Source: a virus. Taken from it: 64,000 bases of DNA. A model generated the notes under the pieces. That model ran no database searches, was not told the origin of the DNA, and saw only the letters and a list, made by a program, of their open reading frames with translations. Made by a program: the position numbers and the translations under genes. The DNA is taken from positions 1 through 64,000 of the IMG/VR virus record IMGVR_UViG_3300026512_000005; one strand, 5' to 3'. The first letter of the stretch is position 1, and each line of letters begins with the position of its first letter. Of this stretch, positions 39,277 through 49,772 are shown in pieces.

Positions 39277-40299
39277 CTATGGTATTAAAGTCTTTAAAAG
39301 ATTTATTCCATCTTTAAAAGCAGAGATTTCTTCTTTCTCTAATTTAATCTCAGCTGTAGCTTGGTTAACTACATACGCATTTAATTTATGTAGAGATATC
39401 TCTTGGTCTATAAGGTATTTTCTCCAGTCATTGATTGCTTTAATTTTAGTATTAACAACATTGGCAATTTGTAATTGATGTTCAGCGTAATCTTTTAATA
39501 GGTCTGATTCTGTTCTAGTCTTAGCGAATAACCCAGTTAATGATAGTTCATCCTTATAGACCTTTTCACTATGGACGCGTTTACCATTGTAAAACATAGT
39601 TGTATCCAGATGACAACTATCCGTTGTATGAACTGTTGGTATACTCACTTCCTTATCTAAAATGTTAACACGTAGTCTGTTATTGTTTTTACTCTTAGCC
39701 TTAATAACTAACGTAAGTCCTTTTTCCTCATGTGTGCTATTTGCTATAGGGGTCACCTCTTTAGCGACTATATCGCGATAAAGGTCTTCTATACTAAGAG
39801 ATATTCGATGTCCATTGCAACTGACTACCTTATACTTTATAATACTTGACATTGGTATAAAATATACAAAACGAACAGTTATTCTCCTACCATAATTATT
39901 ACCACTAGCTACCTCCTCTAAATATTTCAACAAAGACGCCACCTCACTTTTAGGTAACATCATCCTGTTATTTTGTACCGTATAAACTAATGAGTTTATA
40001 TGGGATTTCATCTCTGGTCTAATAGTAAAAGCTTTTACAATATAGACACCTTTACCATATGTATGTTCATTAAACATATTATAACTATGTACTGCACGTA
40101 GTGGGAAGCCACCACTATCTATCCAAGGCATCGCCGCCTGTGTATCTACGTTACAATAAAACCATGTTTTTATAGATGGATTTATATACTCGACGTTTTC
40201 ATCTATAGCAGACCTGTGATCCAATATATTCGTCTTAAATATTACATCGCTAAATGGTAACTCTGCGACGTAACGGCTCTTTATCTCTTCGTTATTCAT
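39277..40299 (-). CDS. hypothetical early protein
   Basis: 340 aa, AAGGAG SD, promoter upstream. Confidence 0.65.
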   Translation of the reverse strand: MNNEEIKSRYVAELPFSDVIFKTNILDHRSAIDENVEYINPSIKTWFYCNVDTQAAMPWIDSGGFPLRAVHSYNMFNEHTYGKGVYIVKAFTIRPEMKSHINSLVYTVQNNRMMLPKSEVASLLKYLEEVASGNNYGRRITVRFVYFIPMSSIIKYKVVSCNGHRISLSIEDLYRDIVAKEVTPIANSTHEEKGLTLVIKAKSKNNNRLRVNILDKEVSIPTVHTTDSCHLDTTMFYNGKRVHSEKVYKDELSLTGLFAKTRTESDLLKDYAEHQLQIANVVNTKIKAINDWRKYLIDQEISLHKLNAYVVNQATAEIKLEKEEISAFKDGINLLKTLIP

Positions 40300-40321
40300 T
40301 ACACTCCTTTATATTGTTATA

Positions 40322-40340
40322 TTTACATATTAGTAATATA
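40322..40340 (-). promoter_or_regulatory. putative early promoter
   Basis: TATATTACTAATATGTAAA, contains the phiKZ early consensus TATATTAC. Confidence 0.75.
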
Positions 40341-40361
40341 TAGAACAATAGGAATAGAAAC

Positions 40362-40398
40362 AATATAACAGTCTAGGATTACCCTAGACTGTTATATT
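40362..40398 (-). terminator. hairpin/terminator
   Basis: AATATAACAGTCTAGG-attac-CCTAGACTGTTATATT. Confidence 0.7.
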
Positions 40399-41008
40399 AA
40401 ATAGCGTAGTATCTTGTAATATTACTGATGCCTGTATCAGTAAGATATTTAAACATAGACGGCACATGAATAGTACCCTTATTAACATCTCTTGTAGAAA
40501 TATCTGCAAGTGTATGTATAACTTCGCTGATAATCTGGAAAGCCAATTTACTCTCATTACCGAAAGTCCAATGATAATCAAACTTAAGTAATGCAACTTC
40601 CGAAAACTTACCGTCACCAGCAATCATAAACATTCTATTTATAATATCAAAGTTTTGTTTAAAGTGGTTATAATCAACAGTGTTAATTACATTTCTTAAT
40701 TCAACGCAAAAATCGTATTTAGTAGCGACTTCTACTTGTGGTTCAGTATTAGCTGGTAAATTAAGATATCTCTCTATAACACTAATAGTATGGTCAACAA
40801 CACTGTTACCCTTATGGAACTCTTTAATCTCTTCAAAAGACTTAAGGTGGTTAACACTTTTAGCTTTGACCACAGGTGGGTTTGCAGGTGGGTTTGGAGG
40901 TATCGTTGGCGTAGGTTCTAATTGTTTAGTACCATTTTGTTTAACCTTAGGTTCACCAGTCTTTTCATCTAGTCCATCATCATTTTTAAATTGTTTTGCG
41001 TGTGACAT
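40397..41008 (-). CDS. conserved protein downstream of major capsid gene
   Basis: 203 aa, Pro-rich N-terminus, helical C-terminus. Confidence 0.6.
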   Translation of the reverse strand: MSHAKQFKNDDGLDEKTGEPKVKQNGTKQLEPTPTIPPNPPANPPVVKAKSVNHLKSFEEIKEFHKGNSVVDHTISVIERYLNLPANTEPQVEVATKYDFCVELRNVINTVDYNHFKQNFDIINRMFMIAGDGKFSEVALLKFDYHWTFGNESKLAFQIISEVIHTLADISTRDVNKGTIHVPSMFKYLTDTGISNITRYYAI

Positions 41009-41095
41009 TTTAATATTCTCCTTATTAATTGTTCAAAAGATTAATACATAGCCTCCATAAAAGAGAACTATGTATTAAGAAAAAGTAGGTGTCTA

Positions 41096-43213
41096 CTATT
41101 TAGATTTATCTACAAAGTATGTAGCAATCTTACCACTAGCAGCCTCAATACCAGATACACTTAATACAGTTATAATTGGTAATAAAGTCTGATGTCTGTA
41201 AACAGGCATATGTAAAGTTTCATATGTTAAAGCACCACCAGTTTCACGTTGTGAAGCAAGTACTGTTTCAGGTGACCATCCACATACACCATAGTTAAAT
41301 ACTGTAGGAGAAGCGTTTCTCTCTTTACCCATAATACCGAATGATATGTAAATCATACCAGCAATAAGACTATCATCAGAGCGTCTAACCACATAGTTAA
41401 ATGTTTCATCTTCAAACGACTCTACATAACGACCAATATTATAATCAGTACCAATAATAATTGTTGGTTTAATATCACCGTAAACGGCTCTAAACGGTTT
41501 AGAGTAGTTCGAGTTTGTATACATTTTAGTAGCATAGTTCTTAATCTTTAGTTTAAGAGCAGCTGTAATGTCAGTTTCTCTTCTAGAAGACTCTCTACCA
41601 TCTACAATAGTTGAAACATCAATATCTTCAGTGTATGATGTTTTAAAGAACATGTCCGAAGCTAACCCATAGTCAGTAGTATTAATATGTTGTGTATCAA
41701 TCACAGCAGCACTAGTTACTAGTTCTAACAGACCATTTTTAGATAGAGCATGTGTAGTAAAATCAATAAGTGCTTGACCTACGTTATCACCACTATTACC
41801 ATTAATTGGTGCCACCTCACGAATGATATGTCGTTTCTGTAAAGTATAAACATAACGTTTTGTTTCAGTAGCTAAAGTCTTAGCTCTAAATCTACCATTT
41901 GAGTTTTCAGCATAAGCTTCAGGTAAAACTGCAGGTACTTTAATAGACTCTATAACCGCTTTAACTTTATCATACTCATCACCAGATGTAATCTCATTAC
42001 CAGCGGCATCAAATAGACCAGCAAATTCACGAGAAACAGCATATACAACGAAATTACTTGTTTCAAGATTAGCATCACCCTTTAAGTGGATGTCTACATT
42101 AACATAGTGTCCTTTAGCAAGTTTAAGTAAATCAGTAATTCTAGTCGTTTCATTATCAGTTCTAGTTAAGGCATCGCCTCTAAATGTAATTGTAGTTTGA
42201 TAATCTAAACTAAGGTTCATAACATCGCCAACTTTAGTATCCGTAAATACAGCAGGTAAACCATGAATGTTTCTAGAGAAGTTATCTACAACATCTTTAC
42301 CATCTTTATCCTTACCTTCAAGAGTTAGAAAGATTGTTTCGATAGATAAATGTGTATTTAACATATCGCTATCATCTACAATACCTTTTGAAACTAGTTC
42401 GTCTGGTTGTGATAATGTTAGAATATTTGATTTAACATCAGTTCTAATTGGAGCAGTAGTGATACCATAACCATCACCAATAGTTACTTGTCTACTGATA
42501 CCACTAACCCCTTTAGGATTATAAAGTACATCTCTGTTTTCATCACGAACAACAGGATATAGTCTATTTGCATCTAATGTGAAAAGTGAAGTATCATTAA
42601 GTTTTTTGAATAAAGACTCGCTAATATTTTTAATAGCTTTACCAGATAAGTCACGTTTAACAGTTGTAACTAGGTTGGTGATAGTAGTAGTAATAGAGAA
42701 ACCATTTTTAGATGGGTCTACAACAACGATTGGATAAAATAGTTCTGCAACAGGATCTTGTTTAAGAGCTAAAGACTGATAAGCAACAGTAAAATATAAA
42801 GATGCACTAGCATCGACTTTCTCAAATGACTCTAAGCCAGCTTTCATATCTCTATCAGAGATGAAATCAGTAGGTGTCAAAGTTCTATTATACGTAGTGT
42901 CACCTTCCCCAGCAACACTAGCTCTAGAACCCATAGTTCTTGAAACTGATGCCATTGGATTAAGTGCGTATTGTGCAGCTTCTTGTGCGGCAACAATTTG
43001 ATGGTCTGATAATTTAAAAGCTACACTACCATCTGCAGATATTGTAGAACCACGAAGTGCCTCACCAATAGTTGTATGTAACATAGAACGTTTACCTTCA
43101 GCATCCGCTCTCACCGAGTTATTACTAGATTCAACTCCAGCCGTAATCCCACTATAACTAGCATCGATAGAAACGCCACTTACAGAATCAAATATCTTTT
43201 TAAAATTTGTCAT
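41096..43213 (-). CDS. major capsid protein (phiKZ gp120-like)
   Basis: 705 aa; AGLESF maturation site, KQDPVAELFYPIVVVDP, PTIIIGTD, PVYRHQTLLPII; synteny with DnaB. Confidence 0.85.
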   Translation of the reverse strand: MTNFKKIFDSVSGVSIDASYSGITAGVESSNNSVRADAEGKRSMLHTTIGEALRGSTISADGSVAFKLSDHQIVAAQEAAQYALNPMASVSRTMGSRASVAGEGDTTYNRTLTPTDFISDRDMKAGLESFEKVDASASLYFTVAYQSLALKQDPVAELFYPIVVVDPSKNGFSITTTITNLVTTVKRDLSGKAIKNISESLFKKLNDTSLFTLDANRLYPVVRDENRDVLYNPKGVSGISRQVTIGDGYGITTAPIRTDVKSNILTLSQPDELVSKGIVDDSDMLNTHLSIETIFLTLEGKDKDGKDVVDNFSRNIHGLPAVFTDTKVGDVMNLSLDYQTTITFRGDALTRTDNETTRITDLLKLAKGHYVNVDIHLKGDANLETSNFVVYAVSREFAGLFDAAGNEITSGDEYDKVKAVIESIKVPAVLPEAYAENSNGRFRAKTLATETKRYVYTLQKRHIIREVAPINGNSGDNVGQALIDFTTHALSKNGLLELVTSAAVIDTQHINTTDYGLASDMFFKTSYTEDIDVSTIVDGRESSRRETDITAALKLKIKNYATKMYTNSNYSKPFRAVYGDIKPTIIIGTDYNIGRYVESFEDETFNYVVRRSDDSLIAGMIYISFGIMGKERNASPTVFNYGVCGWSPETVLASQRETGGALTYETLHMPVYRHQTLLPIITVLSVSGIEAASGKIATYFVDKSK

Positions 43214-43222
43214 ATATCTTCC

Positions 43223-43906
43223 TTATATTTTTTGTTTTGTTTTTGTATACACACACGAGTTCTTAAGTTGTAAGAAAATGTTGTTAAGGGTTATTGTATC
43301 TTTCGTGTAGTTATCATTATGTGTGTTCTTTCTTTCTTTAGCTATTATATTCAAATAAACTTTAAATACTGCATAAATTTCACAAGCGTAACTTGTTTCA
43401 GTTATATAGTCTATAAATAAAAAATTATTTATATCATTATTGTTTATTTTCACATATTTAACGTTACCTATTACTTTAGTAACAGTATCATTACCGTATT
43501 TTACAAAGCATGTTTTATCAACACTATAATTGCCTCGTAATATTTTTCCTATTTCAATACTATTAAACAAATTATCAGTAGTTGAACCAGAAGTTATCTG
43601 TAACGGTGATGTATCTACAGTTTTCTCTCGCATTTTACCTATTTGTCTCAATAATAATAATCGGGTATTTTCTTTAACACCACTCTCATCAAGTATATGT
43701 AACACCCTATGTAATAATTTAGCATTAAAACCATACGCTAAGAATAACTCATTCATTTCTATAACGCTGATTATATTAAAAATCTTATTAGCGTCCAACT
43801 CCGCTGTTTTATAAGTTGTGTTACAGAGTATATCTACAATACGTTCTATGTTGTTAAAAATATTTTCTGTTACTGGTACTACCTGTGGTATTTGTTCTAT
43901 CATCAT
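43223..43906 (-). CDS. hypothetical protein (phiKZ gp119 position)
   Basis: ATG 43906 after AAGGA; precedes capsid gene. Confidence 0.55.
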   Translation of the reverse strand: MMIEQIPQVVPVTENIFNNIERIVDILCNTTYKTAELDANKIFNIISVIEMNELFLAYGFNAKLLHRVLHILDESGVKENTRLLLLRQIGKMREKTVDTSPLQITSGSTTDNLFNSIEIGKILRGNYSVDKTCFVKYGNDTVTKVIGNVKYVKINNNDINNFLFIDYITETSYACEIYAVFKVYLNIIAKERKNTHNDNYTKDTITLNNIFLQLKNSCVYTKTKQKI

Positions 43907-44001
43907 TATCTTATCCTTATAAAGTAATTTCAAGAAAATGTTTTAATTAACTTTTATAAGCTGTGATTATCTTGATTTATAGATAAAACAAGGAAGAACA
44001 G

Positions 44002-45489
44002 ATGAATAATATGGAAACACTGGTTAAGGCATTAATATTACTGATAAGTGAGTTTAGTTTAAATGGTAAAATAAAATCAACGGTTTTAATAAAAGAGCTA
44101 TTAGAAGAGACAGTAGAGGCTAAGCGTGCTAAAACATTCAATGATGAAATGGATTTGATTGCTAATATGCGTAACTTACTAACCAATATATTAGATGGTA
44201 GCATCATACCTAACGATGAATTATATGTCAGTATAGATATCATGTTAGCTAATAGACAAGCACTAGCTAAGATCGTCTATAAGTATAGTACTAAGAAAAG
44301 TGAAGTGGTTATTAAATTATTAAGAAATGAACTATATAAACTTGTTAAAAAGATAAGAGTTAAGAAACTATTCCAGACAAGTCTTAATAGAATGTTGTCC
44401 AATAATATAGATGTGGATATGGCGTTAATAGATATAGCCGATAAGATTACTAAATTAAAAGAAAAGAAAACAAAGAGAATACACCCCGCACTTGTAGATA
44501 GTATTAATTTTAAAGATGAAAAGTCAGTACGTGAGGCCGCTCAAAAGGCTGTTGATCTAATTAAGGGTAACACCGTTTTTAAGACTGGTTGGTCTTGTTT
44601 AGATACTATGACACAGGGTGGTTTCAGAAGGGGCGAAACAGTTACAGCTGGTGCACTACCACATAATTATAAATCATCGTTTACTAAGTCAGTATTCTTA
44701 CAATTATGTAGATTTAATAAACCTATTATAAAAGATAATAAGAAACCGTTAATGTTATTTGTAAGTTTGGAAGAGGAGACTGATAATATTATGTTCTTCT
44801 TTTATAGTTACCTGAAATTCTCATTAGAGAATATCTCTATAAAGAAGAAAGATAAAAAGAAACTTGACCCTAAGGAAGTCTCTAAATATGTTTATGATAT
44901 ATTAGAGGCAACTGGTTTCCATGTTGAAGTTTTACGTATGGCTCCCGATAAATTTGATAAACAAGCTTTTGAGGAAGTTATCGAAAGTTATGAAAACGAT
45001 GGGTTTGAAATACAGTCATTCTTTTTAGACTATGCCAAGAAAATGAATAGAAGAGGTATAGACCGAGGCGGTCCTTCTGGAACTGATTTATTGGAACTAT
45101 TTAGTATACTTAGAAACATTACGAGTAGTAAGAGTATATTGTTTTTCACACCGCACCAGTTAAATACTCGTGCCAAAGGACTATTACAAAACGGTTTACC
45201 TGATAATGAATTTGTACAGTTTATAGCTGGTAAAGGTTATTATGCAGATAGTAGCCAGTTAGACCAAGAGATAGATTTAGAATTGTTCTTACACCTTATT
45301 AAAAAGAATGGCAAGACATACCTAGCATTACAGCGTGGTAAGCATAGAATACCAACAGTAATCCCCGAGGAAGAGAAATATATAGAACTAATGTTTCCTA
45401 ACAAGGTAAGTCCTATACCTGATAGTAGTGATACCCACACCGATATATGTAGTAAAGTAGATAACGAGGATGATGATTTTAACTTTTAA
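44002..45489 (+). CDS. dnaB: DnaB-like replicative helicase (phiKZ gp118-like)
   Basis: FKTGWSCLDTMTQGGFRRGE, variant Walker A GALPHNYKS, VSLEE, FLDY, TPHQLN, RGKHR. Confidence 0.88.
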   Translation: MNNMETLVKALILLISEFSLNGKIKSTVLIKELLEETVEAKRAKTFNDEMDLIANMRNLLTNILDGSIIPNDELYVSIDIMLANRQALAKIVYKYSTKKSEVVIKLLRNELYKLVKKIRVKKLFQTSLNRMLSNNIDVDMALIDIADKITKLKEKKTKRIHPALVDSINFKDEKSVREAAQKAVDLIKGNTVFKTGWSCLDTMTQGGFRRGETVTAGALPHNYKSSFTKSVFLQLCRFNKPIIKDNKKPLMLFVSLEEETDNIMFFFYSYLKFSLENISIKKKDKKKLDPKEVSKYVYDILEATGFHVEVLRMAPDKFDKQAFEEVIESYENDGFEIQSFFLDYAKKMNRRGIDRGGPSGTDLLELFSILRNITSSKSILFFTPHQLNTRAKGLLQNGLPDNEFVQFIAGKGYYADSSQLDQEIDLELFLHLIKKNGKTYLALQRGKHRIPTVIPEEEKYIELMFPNKVSPIPDSSDTHTDICSKVDNEDDDFNF

Positions 45490-45498
45490 AGAAAAAAA

Positions 45499-45528
45499 AG
45501 AAGATATAGGTCTGTTCCTATATCTTCT
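45499..45528. terminator. hairpin between convergent genes
   Basis: AGAAGATATAGG-tctgtt-CCTATATCTTCT. Confidence 0.65.
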
Positions 45529-45553
45529 AAAGTCATTCTTGTTTCTATGAACA

Positions 45554-45763
45554 TCACACACGACTGTGGTGTGGTCGCGATCTGTTTGTAGCTGAGGTAG
45601 TCGCATCCTTTCGTGTCCTCTTAATACGAATTATCCTATTAGGAACACTTTCCTTATTTTGTTTGTTATAACACACTTGACACAACTTCGCCATATGTAC
45701 TATGTCCTCGAAGCTTTTCACCGCTGGTTTAGATCCGCATTCTTTACAAATATATACTAACAT
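45554..45763 (-). CDS. small zinc-ribbon early protein
   Basis: CKEC...CQVC, basic tail, AAGGA SD and early promoter. Confidence 0.6.
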   Translation of the reverse strand: MLVYICKECGSKPAVKSFEDIVHMAKLCQVCYNKQNKESVPNRIIRIKRTRKDATTSATNRSRPHHSRV

Positions 45764-45790
45764 TTGTTTTCCTTTTTACAGTTAAATTGT

Positions 45791-45809
45791 TTTACACTTT
45801 AATAATATA
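45791..45809 (-). promoter_or_regulatory. putative early promoter
   Basis: TATATTATTAAAGTGTAAA. Confidence 0.7.
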
Positions 45810-45824
45810 TAAGTGAAAAAGTTT

Positions 45825-45854
45825 AGATACTATACCTAGATAGGTATAGTATCT
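45825..45854 (-). terminator. hairpin/terminator
   Basis: AGATACTATACCTA-ga-TAGGTATAGTATCT. Confidence 0.65.
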
Positions 45855-46747
45855 TATATAGCTGTTCTTAATTTAAAATATTTAGTACTCATGGTAGTAC
45901 CATCTGTTTTAGTAACTTTGATACCCACTAAGAATATGTTTGTATCATACTTAAAAGCTTCCTTAGGAATTACTTTAGTCAGACCTTTAACCTTGTGTTT
46001 ATATGTTTGTATAGAATCGGATAATCCTGTAGCGTGCACTGTTACTTCCATGCTCTCGAAATTTGCTATAGGTTTAACCATGAGGTTAACACCGGTACTA
46101 TTACTAACACCATCTAAATCCTGTACTAACTGCACCTCTTTAACATCTGGCACGGTAAATACTTGTTGTGCAAAATCGGATTGGTCGTTACTTGTAGATT
46201 TATGTGCAACCTTTAGAATATAACTCCTACCACTTTCTAGTATAACATCATCCATTAGTTTATGTGTTAAATCATCTTTATTAATAAGCTCACTAAATAC
46301 TGGCTCGCCATCTAGTGTTTCTATGATGTAACTAGTATACTCGTGTTTACCATTAGACGTAGTAGACATCTTACTCGTTCTAACTGTAAATAGACTATTA
46401 GGCATATTTTTATGGTCGAAATCCAGCTGTACAGATGGTGTCATAACCATAGACGGTATTGGATAATCAAAAGCAATCTTGATAAAGTCATTGGTTTTAA
46501 TAATACCAACTTCAGATTCAAATATTGATTTATTACATATAATACGTGCTTTAGCATAGTATATTGTGTCTGGTTTCATTTCATAGTCTAAGATTACTGA
46601 AGTAAGGTTATCCTTATCCTCAAGACTAGTTTTAACTATATTAGCTTCTGTAAATATCTTACTCGTAGATAGATACCACGATGTCGCTTCGTGTATCCAC
46701 CCCATTGTTTTTGGTAAATCTATTTTCGGTGTGTATAGAACAACCAT
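45854..46747 (-). CDS. virion structural protein with FN3/Ig-like repeats
   Basis: HEATSWYLST...DKDNLTS...IYYAKAR; paralog of 22703..23491. Confidence 0.55.
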   Translation of the reverse strand: MVVLYTPKIDLPKTMGWIHEATSWYLSTSKIFTEANIVKTSLEDKDNLTSVILDYEMKPDTIYYAKARIICNKSIFESEVGIIKTNDFIKIAFDYPIPSMVMTPSVQLDFDHKNMPNSLFTVRTSKMSTTSNGKHEYTSYIIETLDGEPVFSELINKDDLTHKLMDDVILESGRSYILKVAHKSTSNDQSDFAQQVFTVPDVKEVQLVQDLDGVSNSTGVNLMVKPIANFESMEVTVHATGLSDSIQTYKHKVKGLTKVIPKEAFKYDTNIFLVGIKVTKTDGTTMSTKYFKLRTAI

Positions 46748-46806
46748 ATTAATCCTTTATTTTATTAATCAATTTATAGAGTACCCGATAGACTGAGAAA
46801 AAAAAG

Positions 46807-47190
46807 TTAGAAGTATTTATCCAGTTCTTGTAAAGTATCTAGTATATACTTAACACCTGTTTTACTTCTATGAAAATGTTTAATATCCGTAAACAATTCT
46901 TCTATCATTTCTGGAGTTGAACGAGTACATCTATACATAAGTATTTCATGAGCTACTTCATCTAACATCATGTCAGTCCTAGCAACTGTTAATGAAATGC
47001 CTTTAGTTTTTCTATTCAATTCTATTTTAAGTATTATCGTACCTTTATCATAAGGTGTTAAGTCATATACTATGTTGTCATCATATGTCGTAGTACCAGT
47101 ATTTACTATCTTTCTATACGGATTTTCTATCTCAGAACTAGTTAGCTTCGTAAGCAAGTTCTCATATACTCCCATTAAACGTAACTCCAT
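46807..47190 (-). CDS. hypothetical protein
   Basis: 127 aa, AGGAG SD. Confidence 0.55.
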   Translation of the reverse strand: MELRLMGVYENLLTKLTSSEIENPYRKIVNTGTTTYDDNIVYDLTPYDKGTIILKIELNRKTKGISLTVARTDMMLDEVAHEILMYRCTRSTPEMIEELFTDIKHFHRSKTGVKYILDTLQELDKYF

Positions 47191-47211
47191 TTTTAACTCC
47201 TGTTGTTTTAT

Positions 47212-47535
47212 TCATCCGAATACAGCTATTTTTTTGTTGTCAATAATATTGCCTGTTACAGTTTCATACCACATAATGGAAGCATGTTTCATTAATTTAG
47301 TAAATTTAATGTTAAAACCTGTACTAGCTTCTAAGTTGTGTAACTTAACATATTCCTTATGTGGGTGAGTTATGTTCGTATACTCCTGTTTCAATCTCTG
47401 ACAAATATCATTGAATTCATGGTCGTTAAATATACTCACATCTAACTTGTAATAAAGATAAGAGGACATTATATAAAACGGTACGAGTTTATTTACACCT
47501 ACATCTTGTAAATCTCTATAACTTTGCACTACCAT
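47212..47535 (-). CDS. stand-alone NAD-dependent DNA ligase N-terminal (Ia)-like domain protein
   Basis: SYLYYKLDVSIFNDHEFNDICQRL resembles LigA YYxxDxPxISDxEYDxL. Confidence 0.6.
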   Translation of the reverse strand: MVVQSYRDLQDVGVNKLVPFYIMSSYLYYKLDVSIFNDHEFNDICQRLKQEYTNITHPHKEYVKLHNLEASTGFNIKFTKLMKHASIMWYETVTGNIIDNKKIAVFG

Positions 47536-49772
47536 TATATAAAACCTCTATATTCTATATTACGAACAGATTTGGATGTCTTCTTAAATAAATCTATACG
47601 ATTAACATTATATCGTTTATGTGGCCGTATGTCGCTGGACCATGTGTACGCATATATCAATTTCTTGTCTTCTATAAAACGTAGACGACCTTTTGACTGT
47701 GTGTTTGATTGTTTAGAATCGGTATTAACTGTATTAAGTACAGATATAAGATTGGGTATATCCAGAGCTGTACTAGCTGACCCTAACGTTGATACTATAA
47801 AATCATTGGCTGCTATTACTGAATAACTATCTTCCTCTGTATATTTAGTTACTTTTATATTCGGGTGTTTACGCTGGATATAATCTACCACAATTGTACA
47901 CATTTTAACTGTACCCATAAACACTAACATTTTCTCGTCGTTTAGTCTATGCTTGAAAAAGATATTCTTACTAATACTATTTATCATGTCCAGGTAGTTG
48001 CGAAGTGTAGGCCCATGCTTAATAATTGACTTCTCAAATGCTGATTGGTTATATCCAAAATGATTCTTAAATTTAATCATTCTACTATTCTTAAATCTAA
48101 AACGTATAGATAATATGTCTACATATTTTTTAGCAGTAATAACATTAGATATTCTATTATAAAGTGGAAAACCTATTTCATACATTTTATTAATATACTT
48201 ATCACTATGTTGTAGTGTGGCCGTTAAACCCAATGTTAGTCTGTTATTACAAAAGAGCATAAAATTATATACATTAAAAAATTCTTGATGACTCTCATCA
48301 TTGAGGACTATGTCAACACCTAACGCCTCCGTTATGACCTCTGGTGATAAATCTAAACCACCCGTTATAGTATTTGTTAAATATGATTTAATAAACCCTC
48401 TGATAGTAGTTAGTGATATTATATAGCACTTATACTTTTTATGTATACCCTCAGTAGTTATTGCTTCTATAAGACTCTGACCACCTTGTATGACTAATAT
48501 CTCATCACGTTTTATATCAGTTAGATATAGCACATCATTTATCCATTTCTCTAGGTATCTAGGTAAGACAATAATAGCAAATAAACGTTTAAGTTCCGAT
48601 ATGACCGACATGGAAATAAATGTATTATGCGTTACTATATAATCCTTAACAACAAATAATTTACTCTCATTATCAACGGCGATACATATTGCCTCTTTAC
48701 TCTTATCTAATATATTATAACTAACTAGATATGTACGTCTCATCCGTCTGTTATAGGCTAGTTCATAAACTCCTTTATTGCGTTTAATATTAATAGTATA
48801 TCCTAGTTTATAAATAATCTTTTTTAACGCATCTACAAGGATACCCTGCTCCGTCCTGAATAGAACTTCGTCATCTATAATATCGGTAGATAGTTTCTCA
48901 AGAACATATTCTATGTCGTCATACTTTAATGTTAGTAACATATCACTTATAATCGTTGGTATGGTATGTGTAGTCTTAATAGTTTTTATAATAGTATTAA
49001 GTCTACTGGTACTTATCTTTACATCACTTGTATTACCAATAGAGTTGTATCCTGGTATATAGACTTCTTTATTGGAATCTAGTGAACGCATTATAGACTT
49101 TGTGTTACGTACACCCCTGTTTGTCTTCCACAAATGCTCGTAACCGGACTCAATAACCCTACCATCATTTGTCGTAAATTCTATAATTGGTTTATATCCC
49201 TGTGGATAGACTCCAATTACATTAGTTGGTTTTCCGTCATTACCTGTAACTTTATCGCCAACCTTTATATCGCCTAGGATACGCCAACCATCTGGAGTTA
49301 ATATTGGTGTATCTATAGGCATTTCTTTACCGTAACCTGGGTCTAAATCTACTAACACATTATGCCTAGACCACGAGGTAATTTTATCTATGAAGACGAT
49401 TTGATATGTTCTACGTATTAACTCTTTGTTTATATTAAGTATAATGGGGTATGATTGGTGTATTTTGTTTTCTACAATGACAACTTCATCCAACTTTTTT
49501 ATATTCCTCAAGTACGTATATAAATCATCTAGTAACGATATAGGATAGCGTATGACATTTTTGCTAGCCCTATTATCGGGATGTTCCGTTTCTATGATAT
49601 AAAGTTGTTTATCAACAGCCTTGATAACTTCTGGCTGTTTACCTCGTATACGTTTATCTAATTTCATCGTGTAGGTTACCAACGTCTTATTAAACTCGTG
49701 TAGTAAAAAAACTAACTTGGAAAAGTTTAAATCGGTTATGGTAAAATACTGGCTGTACTTTTGTATTGTCAT
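47535..49772 (-). CDS. SF2 DExH helicase (phiKZ gp75-like) containing an intein
   Basis: Walker A PGYGK|T split by the intein, LNDESH, LGLTAT, ALDIPNL, QSKGRLR. Confidence 0.88.
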   Translation of the reverse strand: MTIQKYSQYFTITDLNFSKLVFLLHEFNKTLVTYTMKLDKRIRGKQPEVIKAVDKQLYIIETEHPDNRASKNVIRYPISLLDDLYTYLRNIKKLDEVVIVENKIHQSYPIILNINKELIRRTYQIVFIDKITSWSRHNVLVDLDPGYGKEMPIDTPILTPDGWRILGDIKVGDKVTGNDGKPTNVIGVYPQGYKPIIEFTTNDGRVIESGYEHLWKTNRGVRNTKSIMRSLDSNKEVYIPGYNSIGNTSDVKISTSRLNTIIKTIKTTHTIPTIISDMLLTLKYDDIEYVLEKLSTDIIDDEVLFRTEQGILVDALKKIIYKLGYTINIKRNKGVYELAYNRRMRRTYLVSYNILDKSKEAICIAVDNESKLFVVKDYIVTHNTFISMSVISELKRLFAIIVLPRYLEKWINDVLYLTDIKRDEILVIQGGQSLIEAITTEGIHKKYKCYIISLTTIRGFIKSYLTNTITGGLDLSPEVITEALGVDIVLNDESHQEFFNVYNFMLFCNNRLTLGLTATLQHSDKYINKMYEIGFPLYNRISNVITAKKYVDILSIRFRFKNSRMIKFKNHFGYNQSAFEKSIIKHGPTLRNYLDMINSISKNIFFKHRLNDEKMLVFMGTVKMCTIVVDYIQRKHPNIKVTKYTEEDSYSVIAANDFIVSTLGSASTALDIPNLISVLNTVNTDSKQSNTQSKGRLRFIEDKKLIYAYTWSSDIRPHKRYNVNRIDLFKKTSKSVRNIEYRGFI
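48624..49325 (-). mobile_element. class 3 intein (234 aa) with degenerate endonuclease region
   Basis: EMPIDTPILTPDGW...GDIKVGDKV, block B EHLW, block F AICIAVD, block G IVTHN/T. Confidence 0.88.
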
